From the NCBI GenBank assembly GCA_963807605.1, contig CAWECG010000001.1, positions 384,001-448,000 of the forward strand: a stretch of DNA of 64,000 bases. The letters run 5' to 3'. Source of the DNA: Candidatus Bathyarchaeota archaeon. GTDB lineage: Archaea; Thermoproteota; Bathyarchaeia; 40CM-2-53-6; RBG-13-38-9. The position numbers and the translations under genes were made by a program. Under the pieces are notes generated by a model. That model was not told the DNA's origin, searched no databases, and saw nothing but the letters and a program-made list of their open reading frames with translations. Below are positions 54,215 through 64,000 of this stretch, piece by piece; the stretch's first letter is position 1; the number at the start of each line of letters is the position of its first letter.

Positions 54215-55014
54215 TTAGAGGACATCCAGAAAGAATAGTTGTTTCGCTTTTCTGAGTCTTATATTCTCACCGAAGACAGAGATCATATTCTTTGTAGTCA
54301 AAATAGCATCTTTTCTTCCTGAGAAAATTACACGTCCATTCTTGAGGCCGAGTAGGTGAGTAATTTCCGGGAAGGTCTCTTCAATATGGTGTGTTACGAA
54401 AAGCACGCAGATATTCGATTCTTTCTTAATTAGAAGACGCAATGAATCAAGGTATCTCTTCCTTGCAACAGGATCAAGACCAGCACACACCTCATCCAGG
54501 ATCAACAGACGCGGCTTTTGGATCATTGCACGTGCAATCAAAGCCTTCTTCTTCTCACCAACTGAGAGGGTGGCGAATGATTGCTCCTCATGCTTCTGCA
54601 AGCCCATAAGCTTCAGAAGCATTCGTGCCCGTCGAAACGACGTGTCTTAGGAGGATCATAGAATAATCGTAGAGCCCCAAAATACCCCGAAGCAACCACA
54701 TCCAATACTGATTGGTCCTGTGGGAGCTCCTGTTCAGGCGCAGAACTAACCCAACTTATTCTTTTGCGTAGTCGTTGCAACTCTATCTTCTCAAACTCAC
54801 TTCCCAAGACTTCGATCCTGCCACGCGTAGGCCAGAGGTAGGTTGCAATCATTTTTAGTAGGGTCTTTCCTGCGCCATTTTGGCCGATGATCGCCCAGTG
54901 TTCTCCTGTACGTACTTCCCAGTCGATATGGTCGAGGATGCGGACTCCTTCACGTTCAAACGAAACATTATGCAAAGCGATTATTGGTGTTTCCAATTTA
55001 GCACCAAGAGGCAT
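54215..55014 (-). pseudogene. ABC ATP-binding protein (ModF/YlmA-like) split by a frameshift near 54635
   Basis: Walker A GQNGAGKT in one ORF; LS.GE, LILDE and VTHH in the other. Confidence 0.85.
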
Positions 55015-55330
55015 TTCTGTTACACATTATTTCAGGCAATAAGTAAGTCGGGCATCTATCTTCAGCACTATCTCTTGCTAAGAGCACCCAGAATTGAACT
55101 ATTAGATTGTGATTTTTACGCGCGCGCTGACCGACACATGGATTATTGTCCCCACTGTAACAGGTATCAATGGCATCATGTCTAGGACAATAAAGCTCAC
55201 GCTAATAGGTCCAACCTTGCCCACAATGGGAGCAAATTAGATGGACCGCCAAATCAGAAACCTTAACGCATCTCAGTGTACTAACACGCGCTCACTTCGA
55301 ACCTCTGCTATCGACACGAGTCTTTCAAAA

Positions 55331-55564
55331 TCAGTCTTCTATTCTTCCTCTTGAGACGACCGTAACGAGTATCTTGTCGTTTAAGGGAGTAGTGATTATG
55401 TGAGTGACTTCGACGTGTCTTTTTTCAACAGGCTTTTTGAGTTCTTCTAGATTCCTCAGCATCAGTTTCTCAATTGATTTGTTGACAGAGTTACTCAGGA
55501 AGTCATCTTTCATTTTAGGCCCATACGGAACCACTTCAGACGCACAAGAGTAGTACCAGTTCAA
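55331..55564 (-). CDS. Hypothetical protein, paralog of 9553..9819
   Basis: HIITTPLNDKILVTVVSR. Confidence 0.7.
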   Translation of the reverse strand: MNWYYSCASEVVPYGPKMKDDFLSNSVNKSIEKLMLRNLEELKKPVEKRHVEVTHIITTPLNDKILVTVVSRGRIED

Positions 55565-55995
55565 TATGCTTTCACCTTGCCGTTATTACTCCTATGATGT
55601 TAGATAACCGTTTTCTGGTTACGCACGCGTAGTCCAAGAATTATCTCGTCACACATAATTTTTGGGCTTTTGACAGAATAGCGCGCGCTTTATTGATTTT
55701 TGATGGTTTTTATTCTTCTCTGAGCATGTTTGGGCAGATGTGTGGGCGGCAGTCTCCTCTCTTTATTTTGCAGAATCCATCTTTGCTGTGCTTGCATATC
55801 TGTTTGAGCCTTGTGAAGGTTCAGGGTGACAAGACTTGTGTGAGGTTCTTTGAGCGTGAGATTGACATGTCGCCTGAGTTTTGGGGTCAAATTGTAGCTG
55901 TATTTCGGTCTGCCACATCTATTTTCGACCTTTTCTGCTCTTTGAACTAGTGCCCCAAGCTACTCGCGACAGCCAAACCGTGATTTTCAGAGTGT

Positions 55996-56973
55996 TCATG
56001 TCGCAAGTACGACGGCCAACTTAAGTAGGTTTAGATCCAAAGCCTTCTCGATCTCACATGATTTCTGAAGCTCGAGGCTTCCAATCCTGCCATTTTGCAG
56101 TCCCACTACTTTGTCGCCCTCCTCGTCTGACAACATCTCGACTGCTTTTTCTGCGAACAAGCTCGCCAAGAGCCGGCTCCTTACTGTGGGGCTGCCGCCT
56201 CTTTGGGCATAGCCTATGATGCTCAGTCTAACCTCTGCCTTTGTGTTTCGCTGGATTTGTCTTGCAAGCAGACGGGTGTCTCCTATTCCTTCTGCCGCCA
56301 CAACTAGGCCTGACTTTTTTCCTTTGGCCATGTTTTCTCTTATGGTCTTGAATACGTTCGCCTTTTGACATTTCACTTCTGGAACTAGAATTATTTCCGC
56401 ACCAACGGTGAGTCCCACGGCTAATGCAAGAAAACCCCTTTCTCGCCCCATCACCTCAATCATGAATACTCTCTCATGAGAAACTGCCGTGTCTCGGATC
56501 TTATCGATCTCAGTGACTGCTGTGTTTGCAGCCGTGTCAAAACCTATGGTTTCCTCTGTGCCAAAAACATCGTTGTCGATTGATGCTGGAATTCCGACCA
56601 TCATGGTATCCGTGTATGCGCCTAGCTCCAGAGCACCCTTAAAGGACCCGTTGCCGCCGATTACCACTAGTCCGCCAACATGATTCGATGCTAGAGTTTC
56701 CGCAGCTTTCCTGATTCCTTCTCTCTTCTTGAACTCGGGACACCTTGATGTATGCAGGATTGTACCGCCTAGCTGTAGAATACCGCCTACGGATCGAGGT
56801 GTCAAAGCTGTAAACGTATTTGTAATCAAGCCTTCCCACCCTCTCCTGAAACCTAGAACTTGAAGCTTCTTTGAACAGGCGATGCGGACAACGCCTCGGA
56901 TGGCAGCATTCATGCCAGGCGCATCTCCGCCAGCTGTGACTAGGGCTATCCTCTTCAACAGGCCTTTCCCCAA
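55996..56973 (-). CDS. pfkA: 6-phosphofructokinase, bacterial PfkA type
   Basis: GGDAPGMNAA, GGT.L..SR, GGNGS, IDND, EVMGR. Confidence 0.93.
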   Translation of the reverse strand: MGKGLLKRIALVTAGGDAPGMNAAIRGVVRIACSKKLQVLGFRRGWEGLITNTFTALTPRSVGGILQLGGTILHTSRCPEFKKREGIRKAAETLASNHVGGLVVIGGNGSFKGALELGAYTDTMMVGIPASIDNDVFGTEETIGFDTAANTAVTEIDKIRDTAVSHERVFMIEVMGRERGFLALAVGLTVGAEIILVPEVKCQKANVFKTIRENMAKGKKSGLVVAAEGIGDTRLLARQIQRNTKAEVRLSIIGYAQRGGSPTVRSRLLASLFAEKAVEMLSDEEGDKVVGLQNGRIGSLELQKSCEIEKALDLNLLKLAVVLAT

Positions 56974-57164
56974 TTTGAGCTAGCGCGCGCCAGCTTCTTG
57001 ATAAACTCTTTCGTTTGACATGAAGATGTATACGAGCTCTCCATGCTATGAAGATACGGAAAGACGAGTATTAAAAGCCATTTTTAGCCATTTTTGCAAG
57101 AGACCCGCGCGCTAGCTGCGTGTCCAAACAGAGTTATCTATGAAGGATCATAAATTATGTAAGA

Positions 57165-58970
57165 GTGTTCGTTACAATGAGTGTTGAATCTAATGACCTG
57201 ACTGTCAGGGATCCCATCTGTGGCATGGTAGTCGATCCCAAGAAAACAGAATTCAAAGCCACGGTTAGAGGCAGACAGCACTATTTTTGCAGCGAATATT
57301 GCATGCGAAGTTTTCTCGAAGGACCTGAGATCGCATACTTCTCCATGGAAATCGGCATAAGAAGCGAGATCCCGACATATAGTGGCGGATTGGGCGTCCT
57401 AGCAGGAGACACCGTGCGCTCCAGCGCAGATTTGAGGATTCCACTTGTAGCTATTACACTCGTCAGCCGCAAAGGATACTTAAAGCAGAAAATAACGCAG
57501 ATGGGAGAACAGCTCGAGTATCCAGACGAATGGAACCCGTCAGATTTCATGAAACTAGAGCCAACAACCACAAAAGTGAAAATTGAAGGCAGAGACGTAG
57601 AGATTGGAGCTTGGATCTACAGTTATCAAAGTCTCACTAAGAGTGTTGTACCAATACTGTTTCTTGACACCGATCTTCCTAGCAATACGCAGGAGGACAG
57701 AGACATCACCAGTTTTCTCTACGGAGGCGACGAAAGGTACAGATTGAAACAAGAGATCGTTCTAGGAATTGGAGGCGCAAGGATCCTTGAAGTACTAGGT
57801 TTCAACATCAGAAAGTATCATATGAATGAAGGCCACTCAAGCCTTCTCATTCTCGAGTTACTGAAAAGGAACGAAATGGACCCCAACAAGGTCCGAGACC
57901 TCTGTGTCTTCACTACACATACTCCTGTTGCTGCTGCATTTGACAAATTCTCTTACGATCTCATCCAAGAATTGGTGGGCGACTATGTTCCGCTGGAGAT
58001 TGTGAAGAAATATGGTGGACAGGATGCGTTGAATATGACGCTCTTGGCAATAAATCTGAGTAAACACATCAACGGCGTGACGACGGCACACATGCAGTAT
58101 TCTGAAAAACTCTTTCCTGGACATCATATGAGGGCAGTAACCAACGGTGTGCATTCGTACACTTGGACTTGCCAGTATTTCAGGGACCTCTTCAACAAGC
58201 ATATCCCTGGCTGGGCTATTGAACCAGACCTGCTCGTCCGGGTAGACGAGATCCCGAGCGAAGACGTGTGGGACGCCCATATGAAAGCTAAGAACGATCT
58301 AATTGATTTCATAAAAGAGAGAACAAACATCAAGATGGATCCCGACGCCCTGACAATAGGCTTCGCCAGAAGGGCTACAGCTTACAAGAGATCCAACCTG
58401 ATCTTCTCAGACTTAGAAAAATTGAGAAGGGCAAATAAGACTGGACCCTTGCAACTGGTTCTCGCTGGAAAATCGCATCCACTAGACTACTCTGGCAAGA
58501 GCATAATCAGAGAGATCTATGATGACATATCTCGGTTGAGGGATGAGATGAAGATTGTTTATCTTGAAGATTATAACATGGCGATGGCCGCAAAATTGAC
58601 TTCTGGTTCAGATGTCTGGCTGAACACGCCCTTGCCACCGTTTGAGGCATCTGGAACAAGTGGAATGAAGGCTGCACACAACGGTGTCCCAAACTTCAGC
58701 GTTTTAGATGGATGGTGGGTAGAGGGTTGCATAGAGGGAGTTACAGGCTGGTCGATAGGCTCCCCATATGATATGCCCATCAGCGAGGATGAAAGGAGGA
58801 GCTTGGAGTTGGAAGATCTCTATGACAAACTGAGGTACCTCGTCATCCCTACCTTCTACAAGAAAAGAGACCAATGGGTAGCCATAATGAAGAGCTCTAT
58901 AGGAAAAGTAGCATACTACTTTAACAGTCACCGGATGATGAGGAGATACATTACAGAAGCCTATCTATAG
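57165..58970 (+). CDS. glgP: Alpha-glucan phosphorylase with an N-terminal YHS domain
   Basis: DPICGM...YFCS..C; YSGGLG.LAGD, NEGH, EASGTSGMK. Confidence 0.93.
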   Translation: MFVTMSVESNDLTVRDPICGMVVDPKKTEFKATVRGRQHYFCSEYCMRSFLEGPEIAYFSMEIGIRSEIPTYSGGLGVLAGDTVRSSADLRIPLVAITLVSRKGYLKQKITQMGEQLEYPDEWNPSDFMKLEPTTTKVKIEGRDVEIGAWIYSYQSLTKSVVPILFLDTDLPSNTQEDRDITSFLYGGDERYRLKQEIVLGIGGARILEVLGFNIRKYHMNEGHSSLLILELLKRNEMDPNKVRDLCVFTTHTPVAAAFDKFSYDLIQELVGDYVPLEIVKKYGGQDALNMTLLAINLSKHINGVTTAHMQYSEKLFPGHHMRAVTNGVHSYTWTCQYFRDLFNKHIPGWAIEPDLLVRVDEIPSEDVWDAHMKAKNDLIDFIKERTNIKMDPDALTIGFARRATAYKRSNLIFSDLEKLRRANKTGPLQLVLAGKSHPLDYSGKSIIREIYDDISRLRDEMKIVYLEDYNMAMAAKLTSGSDVWLNTPLPPFEASGTSGMKAAHNGVPNFSVLDGWWVEGCIEGVTGWSIGSPYDMPISEDERRSLELEDLYDKLRYLVIPTFYKKRDQWVAIMKSSIGKVAYYFNSHRMMRRYITEAYL

Positions 58971-59046
58971 ATACCTCGATTAATGGCGAGAATTTTTTCG
59001 AAGGAACTAACGTACTGGTGACTGTCATCATCATCTGCATGAGGGC

Positions 59047-59301
59047 TACAGCCCTCTCTGCTCTTTTTCAGATCCTCTCAGGCAAAAGAATTGATTTTTG
59101 AGCCCATGTCTTCAGTTACTGGGTATCCTGGGCAGATGCAGTCTATTTCTTTTGTAAAACAGGTTGGACTCTTGCTCAAAGCATAGAACAGTAGTTCCTT
59201 CTTTTCTCGGGCAGAATCAGTATGTTGGACATTCGGGGCACATACAAACCTCTTTCTTAGACTCCGAGTTTTGATCTCTCTTTTTCACTCGTTTTTGTCA
59301 T
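59047..59301 (-). pseudogene. DUF2769-like Cys-rich protein, multiply frameshifted
   Basis: CMCPECPTY / KELLF / CICPG.PVT / FFCLRGSEKEQR pieces in different frames. Confidence 0.65.
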
Positions 59302-59644
59302 TTGCTTCACAACTTCATCAAATCTGTTCATAAAATGCTCACTTCATGTTGAGAAGGAGAGAAATTTGTTTGACCACGATAGCGTTTACACCATATTCAT
59401 TTTCGCCTAAAAGAGTATTGTCTCTGCCACAATTCTGGGAACAATCGATGATTAAGTATGCCGTCGACGCCTTGACACTTTCATTTCTATCTATGTTGCC
59501 GCAATCATTAACGGCATGATTGTCATTAAAGCTTAAGGTCGTTAGTCGAATGGATCTGAATCCGTTATCTGTATATTTGGACGGCCCACCTATACCTAAT
59601 GTTCACTCGCACACTCATGGAGCGACCAGAGAGAGGTATGTCAA

Positions 59645-61051
59645 CTGACTTTAGAGTCATTCTTCAAACCTAGGTCTGTAGCGGTAGTAGGTGCTTCGAG
59701 AGAGCCAAGGAAGTTCGGCCACGTCATCTTCAAGAATTTCATCGAGTCGGAATTTAATGGTAAGACATATCCAGTGAATCCAAAAGCAGAGAACATACTG
59801 GGCCTAAAAACATATCCCAGCATAAGAGAGATTCCTGACCAAGTAGATCTAGCGATAATCGCAGTCCCAGCGTCAATAGTTCCCCCGATAATTGATGACT
59901 GTTTGACTAAAGGTGTTAAGGCAGGCGTAATAATCTCCGGAGGATTCGGAGAGATCGGCGAGAGAGGAAAATTGCTTGAACTCGAGATTGAGAGGAAAAT
60001 CAAGGGTAAGAACCTTAGAATCATCGGACCAAATTGTCTAGGAGTATATTGTCCGGTAAACCACATAGACACACTGTTCATGCCCAGATACAGATTGAAG
60101 CGCCCTAAAGAAGGCCCTATAGCCTTCATATCACAGAGTGGCGCTTTCGGGTCCGCGGTCCTCGACTGGGCAGCGTCACAAGACATCGGCATCAGCAAAT
60201 TCGTCAGCATAGGAAACAAGATCGATGTGGATGAGATCGATCTGCTGAACTATCTGGCCGATGACCCTATCACCAAATGCATCGCAGTCTACTTAGAGAG
60301 CATAAATCGAGGACGAGAGTTTCTTAGCGCCTCCACCAAAGTGGTCAAAAACAAACCGGTTGTAGTCCTAAAAGGCGGTGTAACACAAGAGGGTGCTAAC
60401 GCTGCCCTTTCTCACACGGGATCGATTGCAGGATCCGCGAAGATATGTGAAGGTGCATTCAAGCAAACTGGTGTAATACAGGCACAAACAGTGGACGAAC
60501 TATTTGATTATGCTCGGGTTCTAGCTTACCAACCGATCCCCAATGATCAGAGGGATATCGCGATAGTAACTAATGGAGGAGGATTCGGCGTCATAAGTGC
60601 TGATGCCGTTTCAAAACTCGGCTTGAAACTGGCAAAGTTCAGCTCAGATACTATAACACGATTGAAAGAAAGGCTACCCGACTATGCCATCCCGCATAAT
60701 CCGTTAGACCTTGTAGGCGACGCGGACGTAGAGCGCTACCGAACATCACTTAACGCTGTCTTCTCAGATCCAGGTGTTGGAATAGTTTTGGTTATCGTCC
60801 TTCTTCAGACATCATTCATCGAATCCGACGTCGTAGATGCCATAAGTGAGTCTCAAGTAACCTATGGCAAACCCACAATCGTCTGTACCGTGGGAGGGGA
60901 CTTCACTCAGATACTGGTCAAGATGCTGGAGGACAATAAAATACCATCATACACGACTCCTGAGAGGGCCGTTAGCGCAGTGAACGCTCTCACGCAGTAT
61001 AGCAGAACCGTTGAAAACATGAATAAGGAAAAGGAAATCGAAGATAATTGA
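59645..61051 (+). CDS. acdA: ADP-forming acyl-CoA synthetase alpha subunit (CTG start inferred)
   Basis: FFKPRSVAVVGAS upstream in frame; GPNCLG, SQSG, SHTG, NPLD. Confidence 0.9.
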   Translation: MTLESFFKPRSVAVVGASREPRKFGHVIFKNFIESEFNGKTYPVNPKAENILGLKTYPSIREIPDQVDLAIIAVPASIVPPIIDDCLTKGVKAGVIISGGFGEIGERGKLLELEIERKIKGKNLRIIGPNCLGVYCPVNHIDTLFMPRYRLKRPKEGPIAFISQSGAFGSAVLDWAASQDIGISKFVSIGNKIDVDEIDLLNYLADDPITKCIAVYLESINRGREFLSASTKVVKNKPVVVLKGGVTQEGANAALSHTGSIAGSAKICEGAFKQTGVIQAQTVDELFDYARVLAYQPIPNDQRDIAIVTNGGGFGVISADAVSKLGLKLAKFSSDTITRLKERLPDYAIPHNPLDLVGDADVERYRTSLNAVFSDPGVGIVLVIVLLQTSFIESDVVDAISESQVTYGKPTIVCTVGGDFTQILVKMLEDNKIPSYTTPERAVSAVNALTQYSRTVENMNKEKEIEDN

Positions 61052-61222
61052 ATTATTGGAATAATGTTAATTGCACCGCAATCTGCAAGAATTTTCAAAA
61101 AAGGTCTTGGTTCAAAACGAAGGCTGTCCTCTCAATTTTTGCGAAAGAGAAGGGACTAAAGTCTATTTATATCATAACAACCATTTACCAGTCGACAAAC
61201 AATATTTCTCTGTTGGCTGATC

Positions 61223-62143
61223 ATGCTTGTCACGAATAGAGACCTGCTGATACCCGCTATGAAGAGGTCTTATGCAGTTGGGGCTTTCAATATCAGCAAT
61301 CTAGAAAACCTATCAGCAGTTACCCAAGCCGCAGTTGAGGAGAGATCACCTGCGATAATCGCAGTGACACCCTCCTCAATAGAATATGCGGGCTTAGCCT
61401 ACGTAGAGAAGACGGTCAAGACAGCAGCAGAATCTGTCGCTGTCCCTCTGTCACTACACCTTGACCACGGCAAGGACATACAGACCGTTTTGAAGTGTAT
61501 AGATTCTGGATTTACGTCAGTCATGATTGACGGCTCCCATCTAAAGTTCGAGGAGAACGTGGCTCTAGCAAGGCACGTAGTCGACATAGCTCATCCGAAG
61601 GACATCTCGGTTGAAGCAGAGCTTGGAAGGATAGAAAGCATAGAGGAATCAACAGCTGAGGAAAGAAAGGTCATCCTGACAGACCCTGACGCCGCTGAGA
61701 GTTTTGTTGAGCAGACCGGTATTGATGCGCTAGCAGTCGCTATAGGAACATCCCACGGAGCCTACAAATTCAAAGACGAACCGAGACTTGATCTTGAAAG
61801 ACTACGAATCATTCGTGAAAGAGTATCAATCCCACTGGTCCTTCATGGCGCTTCAGGCGTTCCATCATGGGTTATCGAAAAAGCCAACAAGTACGGTGCT
61901 GACCTGAGCAGAGTGAAAGGCATACCGGAAGAAGAGATCAGAAACGCGATTTCCATAGGGATATCTAAAATAAACATCGATACAGATCTACGCCTAGCCT
62001 TCACGGCGGGTCTACGAGAAGTGCTAGCTAACTCGCCCAGAGAATTTGACCCTAGGAAAATACTCGGTCCAGCCCGTACACTCATGGAGGAAGTTGTCAA
62101 GGACAAAATGCATCTATTCGGAAGTTCCGGAAAGGCTACATGA
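61223..62143 (+). CDS. fba: Class II fructose-bisphosphate aldolase
   Basis: HLDHG, VMIDGS, EAELG, GTSHG.YK, LHGASG, KINIDTD. Confidence 0.94.
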   Translation: MLVTNRDLLIPAMKRSYAVGAFNISNLENLSAVTQAAVEERSPAIIAVTPSSIEYAGLAYVEKTVKTAAESVAVPLSLHLDHGKDIQTVLKCIDSGFTSVMIDGSHLKFEENVALARHVVDIAHPKDISVEAELGRIESIEESTAEERKVILTDPDAAESFVEQTGIDALAVAIGTSHGAYKFKDEPRLDLERLRIIRERVSIPLVLHGASGVPSWVIEKANKYGADLSRVKGIPEEEIRNAISIGISKINIDTDLRLAFTAGLREVLANSPREFDPRKILGPARTLMEEVVKDKMHLFGSSGKAT

Positions 62144-62166
62144 AGAAGCGCAGTGAAACTACAATC

Positions 62167-63612
62167 CTATCTTGGCACGCTACGCCTTCCCAATAGTTTG
62201 AGAGCGATGTTCTTCCCTTGTTCTAGGTTTTCTCTCAGCCTCCGCTTGTCAGCGGATTCCCCATAGACTCTGAGGAGCGGTTCCGTCCCTGAAGGACGAA
62301 TAAGCAACCATCCTCCGTCTTCCAAAAGCAGTTTTATCCCATCCATCCTATTTACACTCGAGACCTTGGTATCACCGACTTTGTCTGGAATTCCTGAAGA
62401 CAACTCTTCCATAACGACCTTCTTCAGGTTGTCCGGACAGGGAACATCGTCACGCCCGCTGACACATGGACCGTATTCGGACATTAACTCGCTAAAGATT
62501 TTCGTAAGAGACTTCCCAGTTTTGGCCCTCAATTCGGTTGTCTTGATACACGTGAAGATTCCGTCTTTTTCAGAGATATGACCCTTAAAGCTCATGCCCC
62601 CGCTCTCCTCCGCCCCTATGAGAACGTCTTTCTCACGCAGATACTGTCCAACATACTTGAAACCTACTGGGACCTCGTACACAGGCAACCCATGTCTCTC
62701 AGCGATCCTGTCCACAAGATGAGTCGTAGCCACTGTACGCACGACGCCACCATGACCGCCGTCCTTTATCAAATAGTCAAACAACATGGGGAATAATTGA
62801 TCCGCTGACAGATAGGTGCAGTCGCTGTCGTATACAGCCAGACGGTCAGCGTCACCATCTGTCGCCAAACCAAGATCCGCCCTAACGCTCCTCACTCTAG
62901 ATCTTAGTTCGGTTAGAAACTCCGGGAGGGGTTCTGGACGCCCTCCTCCGAAGCTTGGATCAGGGTCATCGTGAATCATCGTTACTCTACAGCCAGCATC
63001 GCGTAAGATGCTGTCAAGGTAGCGTCTACCTGTTCCGTACATTGGGTCATAGACGATTTTCAATCTCGCCTTCTTCATCGACTCCAAGTCTATCTGGTTT
63101 TCAACGAATTCAATGTAAGACGTCAAGGGATCAATCGATTTAAGAAGACCCTCTACGATGCCTTTCTCTATAGAGGACTCCTTTATCGCCTTACCGCCGA
63201 AAACTCGACTTATGTTTCTGGTTATCTCTTCGGTGATATCTGGCAATGCTGGGCCAGCATATTCGGGAATGAACTTGATGCCGTTCCACTCCGGCGGATT
63301 ATGTGAGGCAGTTATCATCACACCCCCACCCGCCTTCTTCTGAAATACCTCCAAAGCTGTCACTGGCGTAGGGGTATCTCTTTCAGTGATGCAGGTCAGG
63401 ATCTTGTTGCCTAGCATTACCCTGCACGTGGCTTCTGCGAAATCGCGCGATCTCTTCCTTGTGTCGTATCCAACAATGATTCCTCTACCGTCGAGCTCAT
63501 TCTCCTTCATGTAATCTGCGATTGCCTGGGCAACAACTTTCACGTTGTTAATCGTGAAATCCGTACCGATGATTCCACGCCAACCATCGGTGCCGAACGT
63601 AATACTGGTCAA
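62167..63612 (-). CDS. Phosphoglucomutase/phosphomannomutase
   Basis: FGTDG.RG, TASHNP, DGDADR, RPSGTEP. Confidence 0.95.
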   Translation of the reverse strand: MTSITFGTDGWRGIIGTDFTINNVKVVAQAIADYMKENELDGRGIIVGYDTRKRSRDFAEATCRVMLGNKILTCITERDTPTPVTALEVFQKKAGGGVMITASHNPPEWNGIKFIPEYAGPALPDITEEITRNISRVFGGKAIKESSIEKGIVEGLLKSIDPLTSYIEFVENQIDLESMKKARLKIVYDPMYGTGRRYLDSILRDAGCRVTMIHDDPDPSFGGGRPEPLPEFLTELRSRVRSVRADLGLATDGDADRLAVYDSDCTYLSADQLFPMLFDYLIKDGGHGGVVRTVATTHLVDRIAERHGLPVYEVPVGFKYVGQYLREKDVLIGAEESGGMSFKGHISEKDGIFTCIKTTELRAKTGKSLTKIFSELMSEYGPCVSGRDDVPCPDNLKKVVMEELSSGIPDKVGDTKVSSVNRMDGIKLLLEDGGWLLIRPSGTEPLLRVYGESADKRRLRENLEQGKNIALKLLGRRSVPR

Positions 63613-64000
63613 GTGAGCTCACTGTTCTTGGCGCGTGCTAAAATATCCCGTCCATTAAGATATAGGGTTGAGGCTTCAGACTTGCCATATTCTGTAGAGT
63701 TGATAGATGCTAAGGAAAAGGATAGGCTGTGCCTTACTGCAAGAGGTTACTCTATTGAAAGCCCAAGATGTTAGATTCTCGAGTCCTGCAAGAGAAGATA
63801 GTGATTGGGATTATGCTAGAAACAAACGGGTTTTCTTAAGAAAGGGATTGCTTGAGTGGAGCTGCTCAGTCTTCTCTTCATCAGTTAAGCTCTGGGACAT
63901 GAGTCTTGTTGGCCCCAACAGAGACTCCCCATATGAGGGACTAACCTACTGCCTGAATCAAACTTCGTATAGGTTTCTTGACGGTCTGCTATTTTCCCGC

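Noticed and set aside
55690-55950. ORFs in the T/G-rich stretch after the motif at 55679
   Set aside because: Only a short Cys-rich frame without a clear start; at most a decayed fragment.

Overview
Archaeal chromosomal segment, probably Bathyarchaeia or a related TACK lineage. This is inferred from TBP, an OB-fold RPA/SSB, a HemK2 methyltransferase, DUF5752 and NitrOD5-like proteins, and PEF-CTERM/CFI-box surface anchors. The window is a mosaic of short, functionally unrelated 1-4 gene modules: nitrogen uptake (APC permease, amt-glnK), a P-type ATPase, a DEAD-box helicase, a Rieske/Grx/FTR operon, TrmO, two-component genes, ilvD, a glycogen/glycolysis cluster, surface proteins, many gene fragments and frameshifted genes, and one intact IS5-family element. 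The most striking signal is non-coding. (1) A ~12-bp quasi-palindrome, consensus WAGCGCGCGCTW with GCGTGC/GCACGC variants, lies at most module borders. I count 13 exact GCGCGCGC sites by eye, none inside an intact gene, and in several places the motif sits where genes are cut or fused. (2) About 14 modular REP/BIME-like intergenic elements are built from TAGCTGGTGAG / CCCTTGGTGAG arms, a CTAACGGTTCAAAT core, (CA)n/(CGT)n microsatellites and GCGAGC-GNA-GCGAGC hairpins. Together they suggest an undescribed gene-shuffling or DNA-capture system whose enzyme is not in this window. No rRNA, tRNA or CRISPR array was recognised. All counts are manual.
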